A stretch of DNA of 64,000 bases from Octopus sinensis (Eukaryota): assembly GCF_006345805.1 (NCBI RefSeq), contig NC_043010.1, positions 35,030,001-35,094,000 on the forward strand, given 5' to 3'. A model generated the notes under the pieces. The model was not told the DNA's origin. It ran no database searches and saw only the letters and a program-made list of their open reading frames with translations. The stretch's first letter is position 1. The number at the start of each line of letters is the position of its first letter. The position numbers and the translations under genes were made by a program. Of the stretch, positions 1-12,750 are shown in pieces.

Positions 1-431
1 TGCACACTGACATTACACATCCATCGGACCAACCAGCCCCTGCTGGAGCCTCATGGAGATTTAGATGCTTTCCCTCAATAAACACACACAACGCCCAGTC
101 TGGGAATCGAAACCACGACCCTCTGACCATGAGTCCGCTGTCCTAACCACTGGGCCATTGTGCCTCCTCATATAATGTAGGTATAGGTAAATTATGTCTG
201 ATTAAAATACAGGGTGGGAGTGCTAAGCATTGATGTGTATAAATGCAATGTCATTGCCAGTTCAAATATGCTTGTGGCACATTCAAACCCATAAGAAAGT
301 TATTCATTGCATTTTGTCATAGAGAAAATTTCTTGCTGTAGACCTGGGGTGTCAAATTAAATCACACAGGGGGCCAAAACTCAAAGCACACTTTAGGTTG
401 TGGGCCAAACATGATAAACATTTATTGTATA

Positions 432-1240
432 GGTGTAGGAGTGGCTGTGTGGTAAGTAGCTTGCTTACGAACCATATGGTTCTGGGTTCAATGGAGGTGC
501 AATGGCCCAGTGGTTAGGGCAGCGGACTCGCGGTCGTAGGATCACGGTTTCGATTCCCAGACCGGGCGTTGTGAGTGTTTTTTGAGCAAAAACACCTAAA
601 GCTCCACGAGGCTCCGGCAGGGGATGGTGGTGATCCCTGCTGTACTCTTTCACCACAACTTTCTCTCACTCTTACTTCCTGTTTCTGTTGTACCTGTATT
701 TCAAGGGGCCGGCCTTGTCACTCTCTGTGTCACGCTGAATATCCCCGAGAACTATGTTAAGGGTACATGTGTCTGTGGAGTGCTCAGTCACTTACATGTT
801 AATTTCACGAGCAGGCTGTTCCGTTGATCGGATCAACCGGAACCCTCATCGTCGTAACCGACGGAGTGCTTCCACCACTGGGTTCAGTCCCACTGCATGG
901 CACCTTGGGCACATGTCTTCTACTATAGCCTCAGGCCGACCAAAGCCTTGAGAGTGGATTTGGTAGACAGAAACTGAAAGAAGCCCGTCATATATATCTA
1001 TATATATATATATGTGTGTGTGTGTATATGTTTGTGTGTCTGTGTTTGTCCCCACCAACATCGCATGACAACCAATACTGGTATGTTTACTCTCCATAAC
1101 TTAGCGGTTCAACAAAGAGACCGATAGAATAAGTACTTGGCATACAAAGAATAAGTCTTGGGGTCGATTTTCTCAACTGAATGTGGTGCTCCAGCATGGC
1201 CACAGTCACATGACTGAAACAAGTAAAAGAGTAAAAGAGA
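432..1240 (+). mobile_element. Bipartite tRNA-derived SINE ('SINE-B': head, central (TA/TG)n, tail), interrupted by another SINE
   Basis: Head ggagtggctgtgtggtaagtagc...gaaactgaaagaagcccgtc and tail ...gactgaaacaagtaaaagagtaaaagag. The same family recurs at about 17600-17990, 20930-21330, 33745-35530, 43545-44440 and 59490-59820. Confidence 0.85.
491..877 (+). mobile_element. tRNA-derived SINE ('SINE-A') with a 9-bp TSD
   Basis: A-box/B-box-like head (tggcccagtggttagg...ggtttcgattccc). CTGGGTTCA is duplicated at 482-490 and 878-886. Confidence 0.85.
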
Positions 1241-2855
1241 CTAAAACTTTCTGACCATGAACATATATTGAAACAGATGGTATATAATTTTATTCCAAAA
1301 ATAAATTAAGCTTAACTTAAAATATTTTGCCCTGCATAAAGATATCACCTCTCAATATTATAAAAATTTTAAATGAGAACATGTTGTAAAAGTGAAAATA
1401 TGATATAAATAAAAAATGTGATTTTTAGTGAAAATTAAAATAATAAATCAAAACCTTCAATTTTCTTTATGAAATTTTGTCTGAGCTACATACTTGGCAT
1501 CTTTTCTTGGCAATGAGTTCATTGATGTTTGGGGCAAGGTTCTGTGTTGTTGAGACTCTCAGGATGGATTGCAGGTGTTCATCTGTGAGACGACTCCTAT
1601 GTGACGTTTTATTCATCTTCATCACAGAGAACAGCTGCTCGCACAGATATGTGCTTCCAAACAATGAAAGTGTTCGAGCTGCATGTAAACGGAGCTGGGG
1701 CATTGCTTCAGATATGAAGCAAGTGAACTGTGCAGACCCTACAGAGTCACACTTTGCTTTTAATGTCCCATTACACTGCAGAGCTATCAGCTCCGTTTGA
1801 ATCTGTACAGGTGCAGTTTCCACATTGATAGCAAATGTGTTGCGAAGCAGCTCAAAATTATTTTTCTGTGCTTCAAAGTTACTAAAGCACCATGTAAATT
1901 CAGTGTGGAGTGCACTCAATTTATCAACAAAGTGTTGCTTTGGGAACACCGTGGTGCCAACTTGGCTCAACATTACTTGGAAACAGGAAAAGTGTGACAT
2001 GTTCAATTGGTGCATTTGTGTCTCCCATAACCACAGCTTCACTTGAAATGCCTTCACTGCATCATACACATCACAGATCATGCGATTCCATCACTGGAGC
2101 TGGATGTTTAAAACACTGAGTTGCACAGAAATGCCAACCAGAAATGTCAACTAGAACTGCCAACTTGCATTTCCACTTTTCATTTTGGATTCTTTTCCTT
2201 TACTGTACATGAACTGACATATCTCATCAACCAGCACAAAAATGATATAGAGGACCTCTCCCAGACTGAGCCACCACACCTCCATATGATAAAGCACATC
2301 ACCAAACTCTGAATGTATTTCCCAAAGGAAAGACTGAAATTGGCTGTGATATAACCCTTTGGTTCAGATAAAGTTTGCGTTACAGAGTTCATTACATGTT
2401 CCATTTTTAAGGCTTTAGCACACAGTGTTTCCTGGTGAATGATGCAGTGATATGTTATCAACTCAACAGCACAGTTCTCTTCTTGCATCTTTAAATGTAT
2501 CTTACACACAAGTCCACTTTTATCCCTGCACTCAAAAAGTAAACAATCACATCATCAAAATCTCAAAGCAGTGTTTAATACATGATAAATTCAAAACAAT
2601 GTGAATAAACAAGTATCACATTTAACAGAGTAATCTGAATACTAAAGGGTTGAAGCGAAAGATTGTCCATAAGCAAGTTTTTTTTCAACTGGAAAATCAG
2701 ACGAAAATAGATTTAATTTCCTCTAGAGTTCTCTCCCTTGAGAAGCTTTATTTTTTTTGTTTTCTTCTCTGTTTTTGCTGCGTAGTTTTCTAACATAATT
2801 AATACAGTTAGCTCCCATGACAAGGAACAACTAATCAAGAACGAAAGTATAAGTA

Positions 2856-3377
2856 CCGTAAATCCTCGTGTATAGTCAGCCCTTGAGTATAATACGCGGG
2901 GGATTTTTATGGGGCTGTATCTCTGAAAAACCTAAACCTTGTGTATAATACGCACGCCTTCTCTAACTTCAGTTAAAGAGGTCTATATAACGTCCTTGGT
3001 TTGTAAAAATGTATACGGTAACGTCCTTTATTATTATTATTGTATATATAACATAATACATACGTGAAGCTTTGGGGGCATTTTATTTGCAGAAAATAAA
3101 TAAATAACAGTAATAACAGCAATAACGTTTAATAAATGTTGCTTACTGCAAGTTATGAATGATTCTTTTATGACTTCATTGCTTTCAGGCTTAGCTTAAG
3201 GTATTTTCGCGCCCGACATCACAAAATGCGTCTGAATAAACATTGCCGGGGAGCAAATAGAGACTCGGACATTGCTTAGAAAATAATTATCATTTTTAAC
3301 CTCGTATATAGTGCGCATTAGGGATTTTGACCTTTAAATTTTGGGGAAAAATACGGATTATACTTGAGGATTTACAG
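2856..3377. mobile_element. Tc1/mariner-superfamily (pogo/Tigger-like) MITE
   Basis: TIRs CCGTAAATCCTCGTGTATAG and TTATACTTGAGGATTTACAG, each flanked by TA. Confidence 0.75.
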
Positions 3378-3866
3378 TACACGTAATATGTGCGCATGCA
3401 TATGTACGTGAATTTGCGTGTATGTGTTTCTTTTATCTTTTACTGGGGCTAATGCAGTTTCGCACCTCTCCTTGAAAAATACATTTAAAAAAAAAAATTT
3501 TCGGATTCCTACGTTTTAGATATTCGAGATTACGAATATGCAAAAAAAAAGTTATTTCACCCCCGCCTCTGCCACCCCAATTCAAATTTTTGATTTTGTT
3601 TACTTTAAAGAAATTGTAGTGAATTGAGAAACGTATGAAAATCGAAACTAAATACAGACAAAAACATTAAAGTGAAAAGAATTTGCGTTTTAGTGTTTGC
3701 TTTGCCTTTCCCTTGGATAACATAGGTGACGTGGAGAGGCGAGGCTGGTATGCGTGGGCAACTGCTGGTCTTCCATAAACAACCTTGCCCAGACTTGTGC
3801 CTCGGAGGGTAACTTTCTAGGTGCAATCTCATGGTCATTCATGACCGAAGGGGGTCACAACAATAT

Positions 3867-3898
<32 letters not shown>

Positions 3899-3988
3899 CA
3901 TATATCCCTCTCTCTCTTTCGGAGAGGCACAAGCAACTACACGCACATATACACACACAGCAGTAACTTCTGCCTGCCAAATTCAATC

Positions 3989-4033
<45 letters not shown>

Positions 4034-4489
4034 AAGAAGGGTTCAGATAGAACCAGGTACTTGTAAAGATATGCACCTGGTTGATAAGTATCAAATAGTA
4101 TATTCTGGTTGTGTACACACAGAAAACCAGCCTTATGAGTATTTAGCACATGGGGGCTGGTCCAAAGCATACATTACATTGAAAACATCCATGCCATATT
4201 CTTGGGATATTCTTCTGTTTGTTAAATTATATTTCATCCGATGATTACGGCTTTTTTATAATGAAGTTCTCATTCTTCTATTTAAAAAATATGTACAAAA
4301 CAGCTGTAATGAGCTGACAATTATCCACCATCTGTTATTATTCATTTGATTATATATATATATACATATATTCACCGTGATCACTGTGACCGACCAGGCT
4401 ATCAGATGTTGCTACACATCGCTGGTCACAATGCGCTTTGCATTGTTTTAGCCTTCAAATGATGCCACCCCACTGGCTAAGCAAGCAGA

Positions 4490-4525
<36 letters not shown>

Positions 4526-4527
<2 letters not shown>

Positions 4528-6330
4528 CCACTAATCCAAAGTGTAGAGTATTATATATCCATCATGGCTGATCTTACCAATCAATTTTGCACTAGGTGTA
4601 CAATGGAATGTTAGGTAACAATCTGATTATATAACCCTACGCTCATCAGAGGTAGCTGATATGGAATGAAATATGGTGACTGCTCTCTATTGTTAGAAGT
4701 GAATAGACAGATTTGATATGTGGTTGCTGTGAAAAGATGATGGAACAAACCAGGTAGGGGATTTAGTTAAGAGTTATGTTCCTTGGTACCAAGACATCGC
4801 CACTGGCTTGGTTATGCTGTAAGTTGGTAAGTGCTGTCATGTAGTGTTTGTGGGAATTGTGTCTTTCAGATTGGTGTTCTTGTGGAAAAGGGATATGTGT
4901 AGAGGTACTGCATGTATAACTTTTGCAGGGGGTGCAGGCGTCCCTTACTGTGCTCGCTAGAGAGTTTTCTGTCCGTATTGGTTAAGATCATGAGAGCTTT
5001 GTGTGCCTGCAGTGTGTGTAGGGGTGCAACGTGTGTGTGTGTAGGGAGTTTATCTTGGAGGTGGTGGGAAATGATCTATTTGGTAGGTGTCCACCATGTT
5101 GGGGCATGTATGTTTATGTGTGGATGTATTGGTGAATGCTCTGGTTAAACTCTTTGCCAGACTCCAAAGTACTGGTGGAGAGCCAAGTGTGGTGGACTGG
5201 TGATTGTAGTCATGATAGGGCATGCAGGTATGATAGGATGTATTTCCTTACATGGGGGCAAGGATTAAACACTTCACTTCTACAATTCAGGTGTGTGTGT
5301 GTGTTAAGGCTACCATTGGTTCCATATTGATAAAATATCTTAACAATTCTTCAAGTGATCTCATGGAGAAATTGATATTCATTTCCATTTTGGAGAGGAA
5401 AGAAACATGGGAATTGATAATAAACTTTTGCAAGAATCTTTGTTCAGCAAAAACTAGAAATCAGGGGAGCTGACTCTTGGGTAACAACTTCTGGATGATT
5501 ATCTCCCATGGGTTTGACCTTTGTGAAAAATTGTGCTACATGATAAGTTTGTTTATATTATGTGATATCCTAGGTATGTGTAATTCACATATGTTTGTGC
5601 ATTGCAGGAATTCATCATGTGGGCATGTGCTTTCTATGTGTATACATTTAATGTTCATGTTCAGAGAAAACAAAATCCTATCTTGATAGGATCGGTAGAG
5701 TGAGTGGTGGTTCCTCTTTGAAATGTTAGAGTGTAAAATATTGCTAATGTATGCAAGGAGAGGTTTCTTCCCTATTGGTTCAAATGTTATCTTTTTTGAT
5801 TGGATGATGTTTAGCTTTCTAGTATTGCAAATCTCACATTTGGTACCCCATCTCCTGTATTTTCTGGTTTTAACAATGATGCTCTATCTAGGGGTCTCTT
5901 ACTCTTCCTTCTTTCAACACCCATATCATATTGGCTAGGGATATGTTGCATGTCTTTTATTTTTGTCCATGAATGATGCCAGATGGTGTATGTATCTTTT
6001 CTTGAGTGAGTTGCCCATCATCCTAATGTAAGTCTTTGTTACTTCATTGGAGTCCATGATTTTGGCCTTGTACAAAAGTTCTTTTTCCAAACAACTATTA
6101 TTTAGAGGAAAGCAGATCTACAATTACAGTGTCTACAATTACAGTGTCCTTCTGGGGTATTCAGAAAGGAAAGTGAATATTTTATCACACTTTTCGATAA
6201 CGAGATTGTAAATTTTTATAGTTTTTGTACTTCAAAGTGAAAATTTGTATAAAAATTACTCTTCAGGAAAAGATATTCTTTGCTTTTTGCCTATCTGCCA
6301 CACATATTCATACAAACCTTTCTTGCCATT
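4526..6330 (-). mobile_element. 5'-truncated Penelope-like element (GIY-YIG endonuclease relic plus pLTR)
   Basis: The minus strand at about 6110-5950 translates CFPLNNSCLEKELLYKAKI...KTYIRMMGNSLKKRYIHHLASF (GIY-YIG PLE endonuclease pattern). The 3' terminal region at 4526-5250 matches the repeat arms at 32.4 and 33.1-33.5 kb. Confidence 0.75.
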
Positions 6331-6682
6331 TACAGGTTAAGAAATTCTTTAAAAAAATCAGTTGAAGAAATTACATCTCAAGATTAAACATAAGTGTGAA
6401 AGAGTTCAAACTAAGTTTTTAATTTTTATAATGCAAAAATATTTTTATTTAAAAATTTTCTTTAAAATAATGTAAGTTATAATAACAATAATAATAGAAA
6501 ATAGTGCTACTAGGCACCGTACATTCCTATGTAAAACCCTTTCAATACAGTAACAATAAGAGCATCACAACAAACCACAGCATATACCCAAGGCACACAG
6601 AGTTGTGCTCAGTAGTACAGTGAAAACACGTGATAAAAATGAGACTACTCAATAAAAAATAATAATTATTATTATTTTTAAT

Positions 6683-7113
6683 TTTTGCAACAAGGGCAGC
6701 TAGGAGAGGTGGAGATGAGTGGATTACATTGACCCAAGTGTTCAACTGGACAAAATGCTACTAAGCATTTGGTCTGGCATGCTAACAATTCTGCCAGCTC
6801 AAAGATTTAATAATAATAATAATAATAACAATAGTAATAATAATAGTAATAATGATAATAATAATAATGGTTTCAAATTTTGCCACAAGGGCAGCAATTT
6901 TGGGGGTGGGGATGAGTTGATAACATCGACCCCAGTGTTTAACTGGTACTTATTTTATCGACCCCAAAAGGATGAAAGGTAAAGTCAACCTCGGCGGAAT
7001 TTGAACTCAGAACATACCAATGGGTGAAATACCGCTAAGCATTTCATCCAGCGCGTTAACGATTCTGCCATCTCGTCCCCTTAATAATAATAATAATGAT
7101 AATAATAATAATG

Positions 7114-7145
<32 letters not shown>

Positions 7146-8148
7146 TTAATAATAATAATAATATTAAAATTAATATATTCACTGGGTAATTTGCAAAAAA
7201 ACTAGACCTGCCCCATGTGGAAAACTGGTGGGAACACAAACCACCTCCAGTGCTTGAAAATGATCACATCTCACACCTCTGGAACTTCATAGTTCAAACT
7301 GATAGAAAGATAGATGCAAATAGGCCAGACATTATATTGAAAGACTTCAGACAGAAATCATGCCTCCTCATTGATATGGCTGTCCCAATCGACATAAATG
7401 TGTCTGAAATAGAAATAGAAATTGGCAAAATGTGGAACCTAATTCAGATACCAGGAAACCCCAAAATGGCAGAAATTCAAAAGATAGTGTTCAGGGGAAC
7501 TGCCCATATCCTAGTTAAAATATTGTCTATGTTATCTCAAATTTTAAAACAAACTTATGATTTTCTTATGTTTTCTTAAACATTCTCTAGAATAATACTA
7601 TGTGCCAAACCAAATATATGGCACCCTAGGCATAACACCAACTCGAACTTCTAACTTGTTGTCTCTTGAAGCCAACTCATACAAACACAAAGCAAAGGTC
7701 CAACATATAATAATAATTATGATTTCAAATTTTATCACAAGGCCAGCAAGTTCGGTGGAGGGGCTAAGTCGATTACATCAACCCCAGTGCTCAACTGGTA
7801 CTTATTTTATTGACCCCCAAAAGGATGAAAGCAAAGTTGACCACAGCAGGATTTGAACTCAGAATATAGAGAGCAGGAAGGAATATCGATACTCCAATGA
7901 TTCTACCAAGTCACCACACTAATAAAAATAATAATCCTTTCTACTAATGGCACAAGGCCTGAAATTTTGGGGCAGGTGACTAGTCATTTACATTGACCCC
8001 AGTATTAAACTGGTACTTATTTTATCAACCATGAAAGGATGAAACACAAAGTCAATCATGGCAGAATTTGAACTCAGAACATAAAGGCAAAGAGCTGCAA
8101 AGTAATTTACCAGGCATGTTAATGATTCTGCTAGCTCACTGCCTTATC

Positions 8149-8196
<48 letters not shown>

Positions 8197-8439
8197 TAAT
8201 AATCCTTTCAACTAAAGGCACAAAGCCTGAATTTTGTTGGAAGGGGACTAGTCTATCACATCGACACCAGTGCTCAACTGGTACTTAATTTATCAACCCC
8301 TAAAGGATGAAAGGCAAAGTTAACCCTGACAGAAATTGATCTCAGAACCCAAAGACAGATGAAATGCTGCTAAACATTTCATCTGGTGTGCTAACAATTC
8401 TGCCAGCTCACATCCTTATCTAATAATAATAATAATAAC

Positions 8440-8472
<33 letters not shown>

Positions 8473-8800
8473 CTTTTGTACAATATTTCACTGGTACTTA
8501 ATTTATCTACCCCAAAAGGATGAAAGGTAAAGTTGACCTCAGTGGAGTTTGAACTCAGAACATTAAGATGGACAAAATGCTGCTAGGCACTCCGGCATGC
8601 CAACGATTCTGCCAGCTCATTGCCCTAAGTATAATAATAATAATAATAATAATAACCTTTCTACAATAGGCATAAGGCCTGGAATTTTGTGCGAGAGGGT
8701 TTGTCAACCTAGGTGGAATTTAAACAGACCATGAAGACAGACATAATGCCAAAAAGCATTTTGTCTGGCATGCTAATGGTTCTGCCAGCTTGTCACATTA
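6683..8800 (-). repeat. Cluster of 7 co-oriented tRNA-derived SINE ('SINE-C') copies separated by (TAA)n tracts
   Basis: Recurring gaccccagtgttcaactggtacttattttatcgaccccaaaaggatgaaaggcaaagtcaacctcggcggaatttgaactcagaac. Copies at about 6683-6810, 6869-7083, 7720-7921, 7935-8148, 8204-8420, 8489-8628 and 8656-8800. Confidence 0.85.
7190..7700 (+). mobile_element. R4/Dong-clade non-LTR retrotransposon 3' fragment (restriction-like endonuclease)
   Basis: ORF 7217-7579 reads WWEHKPPPVLEND...QTDRKIDANRPDIILKDFRQKSCLLIDMAVP (RPD...D RLE motif). It is embedded in TAA repeats. Confidence 0.8.
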
Positions 8801-8990
8801 ATGATTATAGTAATAATAACAATAACAATAATAATAATAATAATATAATAATGATATAATAATAACAACAATATCAATAATAATAGTAATAATATACAAA
8901 AACAAAAATAAAATGGTGATTATAAACAGTTAAATGGTGATTCATGTAACAATTTTCTTTTCATTTTTACTTTTCCAATTCAACAGACAT

Positions 8991-9175
8991 TCATAATACT
9001 TCATGTATGAACATGATGCCATCTTTTTCAAAATAATAATTCCGGAAGATGGTTCTACTTATTTCACGCCATTTGCCAGCATCTTCTAAACTCTGAATGT
9101 AAGGTTCCCATTTGTCTTTGTATTCTTCAAAGGAATTCAAATGGTTTTTCCTGGTTATGTTGAATATGAAACCAC
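8991..9175 (-). CDS. METTL27: METTL27-like, terminal coding exon 5
   Basis: Acceptor tttttctatacAG|, phase 1. Reads (G)GFIFNITRKNHLNSFEEYKDKWEPYIQSLEDAGKWREISRTIFRNYYFEKDGIMFIHEVL, with TGA at 8993-8991. The five exons total 714 nt, i.e. 237 aa plus stop. Confidence 0.88.
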
Positions 9176-9492
9176 CTGTATAGAAAAACAAATGAAAAAT
9201 AATAACTTTACTTGCTACAAACAGCAATCATATGTCCCTCAAGTCTCGCCCTATCATTTTAAAAGAGAAAATCATACACACACACACACAGAGACAGAGT
9301 TGAGGTGTATTCCATCAAGAATGTTTTAGAGTACAAAATAGAGCTTGTTCACCCTTAGAATTACCAGATAGCCGGCAGTATTATGGTATACTACTAATTC
9401 TAGGCTTAGGCATTCCTCGTGTGTGAAAATAAAAAGGAAACAATAAATAGAGTCAAAAGGAAGAGGGAGTATGTTTCGACAGCTGTTTAATA

Positions 9493-9564
9493 ACCACTAC
9501 ACATGTTTCGATACAACATAGATTTACCTGTATAATAGGACCTAGTTGTATCTCCTCAGGTGAT
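9493..9564 (-). ncRNA. Minimal type I hammerhead ribozyme, canonical core
   Basis: ATCAC-CTGAGGA-GATACAAC(...)GTTGTATC-GAAAC-ATGT-GTA^GTGGT: 5-bp stem I (one G-U pair), 8-bp stem II, all core nucleotides canonical. Confidence 0.8.
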
Positions 9565-11938
9565 ATATAATCACTGTCTCTGTAAATAAATGTTTGATTT
9601 CGATGCTATCATATCCAACTGGCTCCTTTGAATCTAGCAGAAGCTGACAGTTTCAATCCGCTTGCTGTGAGCATGCCTCTATACGCTCAACACGAGCAGC
9701 ATTGTGTACATTGTCTGTTTACTTTGTTTCACATGGTAGGCTGCACATGCTAAATTTTACTATTTCACAAATACACTCACACATACGCTCATACTTATAC
9801 GATCACTCACACACAGATATACCACTACATCTCTGGGCATCCCCATACATATATCTATAGGCTAATGTGGATAAATACCTTAACCCTTTAGCATTTAAAT
9901 TGGCCACACCCAGTCAAAATAATTTACACATTTTATGTTCAAACTGTTCAGATCTAGCATCTCACACTCACCTTACAATATCAGTCTAAAAATTAAGTTA
10001 CCTCATCAAAATTTCAAAGCTACAAGATAAAGCAGATTAATTAAAAGCAATGAGAATACATAAGCCTCACATTTGACAGAATGTAAAGCTTATTTATTAT
10101 TATGTAAGGCTGTGAATGCTAAAGGGTTAAACAAAATTCCAGATGATCATGATTTATATGCCTTGGATCATAGAACTGCTCAGTCAAGACTGGCTGAGGG
10201 CTAAATAACAACAATATCACAAATATCCAGTCATTATACATATTAGGGAAACATACTTATATAATACTCTCAGAAGTCATGCAAAGCAAACAACTAAAAG
10301 TTATGGCAAATGCTGACCTAACCGTCTCTGAGGGTCTCTGATAACAATTTTACAAAGACCAAGACTTCACTTCAGAACCTGAAAATACTTTATCCTACAT
10401 CAGTTTTTGGTTGTCTACAAAGCTCCAGTCTTGCCTCCATTCAAATACTTCACATAACAATCTTTCACACAAAATGATTTTCAAATATGTCCCCTACCAA
10501 AATTGTCTTGATTAGCAACCAACTCCCATGAATAGCATTCCCACTAATTGTGATGCATATGGACAGGGACAGTCATGTGTAGAAGTTCCACATTCTAATG
10601 GTGGAGGGAACCTATGGAAGAGGTAGACCCAGGAAGACATAGAATGAGGTGGTGAAGCATGATCTTTGCATGTTGGGCCTTGTGGAAGCAATGACAAGTG
10701 ATGCATTACTGGCATGTAAAAAGCACCCTTTGAATGTTGGGTGATACACAGTGCATGAGAAGATCTGTCAAGCCAAGTGAAATGGTAGTCATGGCCAATA
10801 CCAGTGCCATGTGAGTGGCACCCATGCCAGTGGCACATAAAAAGCACCATTCAAATGCTGGGCCTCACAGAGATAGTGACAGATGACCAAGACCTTTGAC
10901 AATACACCATATTTGAGAAGACTTATCAAGCCAAATGAGATCATAGTCATGTGGAGGTACATGGCCTAGTGGTTAGAGCAGCGGACTTGCGATCAAAGGA
11001 TCACGGGTTCGAATCTCAGACTGGGCGATGTGTGTGTTTATGAGCGAAACACCTAAGCCTCATGCAGCTCCGGCAGGAGGTAATGGCGAACTTCTGCTGA
11101 CTCTTTCACCACAACTTTCTCTCACTCTTTCCTCCTGCATCTTGCAGCTTACCGGCGTCCCGTCCAGGTAGGGAACCTATACGCCACTCAAATGGTGTTT
11201 TTTACATGCCACCTGCAGAGGAGCCAGTCCAGCAGCACTGGCAACGACCTCGCTCAAATGTTTTTTCACGTGCCAGTAAGGCGATGCTGTTAGAAGTAAA
11301 TAAGAAGCAACATATTGATCTCCCCAGTCTTGGGAGGCCTGTAAAGATCATGGGTATTACAATTCCTACTGCTACTATATGACCAACACCAACAACACAT
11401 TATTGTCACCATTAAGACCAGCAGCCATAGTAACACTAACATAATTACCCTCTCTAATTATCCCCATTACCATTACCAATAACACCAGCACCATCATCAT
11501 CATCATCATCGTCGTTTAGCGTCCGTTTTCCATGCTAGCATGGGTTGGACTAAACTATAAAATCATAAAACTATAAAACCACCAACTATAAAATCATAAA
11601 GAGACCTCTATATGATTAGAAATAACAGCCAAGTTTCCCTTAAATCAAACCTCACTTTTTTGCATTCTTTATGTATGAGAGACATCAGATATTATAGTCC
11701 TAGATATATTCTCTCTGAAATAAAGACTGAATAGACATGACAGGAATACTTTTGATAAGTCTACTCATTCAGGGCTTGCCTGGGGTTAAACAACAACAAC
11801 AACAGTAACATCAACATTAACATTTTCACTGCCACCTACAACAAAAAAAAACCTACCCCTAGGTTTAATACAATAAAAAGGCATAAGAAGTAATAACAAG
11901 AGCAACAGCAAGGACATGATCATTGCTGTTAACATTAC

Positions 11939-12031
11939 CTGGCTTGACTAACTCAATCATCTCAGGTATAGCTTCAAGGGTGATATGACCAGGACCAAAC
12001 CCTCCAGAAATAGTGATCACATCATAGGTCC
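11939..12031 (-). CDS. METTL27: METTL27-like, coding exon 4 (93 nt)
   Basis: Acceptor tttgtAG|, donor G|GTAATG, phase 1-1. Reads (R)TYDVITISGGFGPGHITLEAIPEMIELVKP(G). Not in the ORF track. Confidence 0.88.
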
Positions 12032-12095
12032 CTACAAATCAAGAAAAACAATACATAGCAATACATAGATACAGAATCAATACATACATATTTAC

Positions 12096-12144
<49 letters not shown>

Positions 12145-12341
12145 TTTCTACTAAAGGCACAAGACCTGACTGAAATTTGAGCTAGTCGATTACATCGACC
12201 CCAAAAGGATGAAAGGCAAAGGTGGCCTTGGTGGAATATGAACTCAGAACATAAAGATAGATGAAATGCCATGAAGCATTTTGCCTGGTGTGCTAACAAT
12301 TGTGCCAGCTTGCCACCTTTGTGTGTGTGTGTGTGTGTGTA

Positions 12342-12376
<35 letters not shown>

Positions 12377-12479
12377 TTATATATATTTATATATATATAT
12401 ATACATAGGTTATAGTCTAGTCACCCATATAGTCTGATACATGAAGGAGTCATACCCAATGACTGGTGTAGCAGCGACA

Positions 12480-12750
12480 TAGTCAACTGCTACAAAGGTA
12501 AAGGTGACGGATTAGATATGAATAATTAGAGATATCAAATTGTTGGATCAGGTGATAAAAGTCACAGAGAGGGTCATAGCCCAACTAATTAGGGAGAGAG
12601 TCAGTTTAGACGAGATGCAGTTTGGGTTTGTGCCAGAGAGAAGCACCACTGATGCTATATTTCTTGTAAGACAGCTGCAGGAGAAATACCTTGCCAAAGA
12701 TAAACCTCTGTACTTGGCTTTCTTTAACATGGAGAAAGCCTTTGTCAGCC
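12480..12750 (+). mobile_element. RTE-clade LINE reverse transcriptase fragment
   Basis: VIKVTERVIAQLIRERVSLDEMQFGFVPERSTTDAIFLVRQLQEKYLAKDKPLYLAFFNMEKAF. Confidence 0.85.

Larger units (their letters stand above)
345..2520 (-). mobile_element. hAT (SPIN/GTF2IRD2-like) transposon relic with frameshifted transposase, interrupted by SINEs
   Basis: ORFs 2180-2509 (YHCIIHQETLCAK) and 1467-2081 (LFGSTYLCEQLFSVMKMNKTSHRSRLTD, hAT dimerisation domain). hAT-like end ctggggtgtcaaa near 345. Confidence 0.8.

Noticed and set aside
491-570. tRNA gene-like sequences (also about 10960, 24640 and 60905)
   Set aside because: They are SINE heads continuing into shared bodies, with no complete cloverleaf and no Pol III terminator.
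3722-3858. Structured repeat (a related copy lies at about 31340-31450) considered as an HDV-like ribozyme at an RTE 5' end
   Set aside because: I could not build a consistent P1/P2/P3 pseudoknot by hand. A descriptor search would be needed.
6683-8800. Repeat-spacer pattern resembling a CRISPR array
   Set aside because: The repeats are about 200-bp diverged SINEs and the spacers are TAA tracts. The context is eukaryotic and no cas genes are present.
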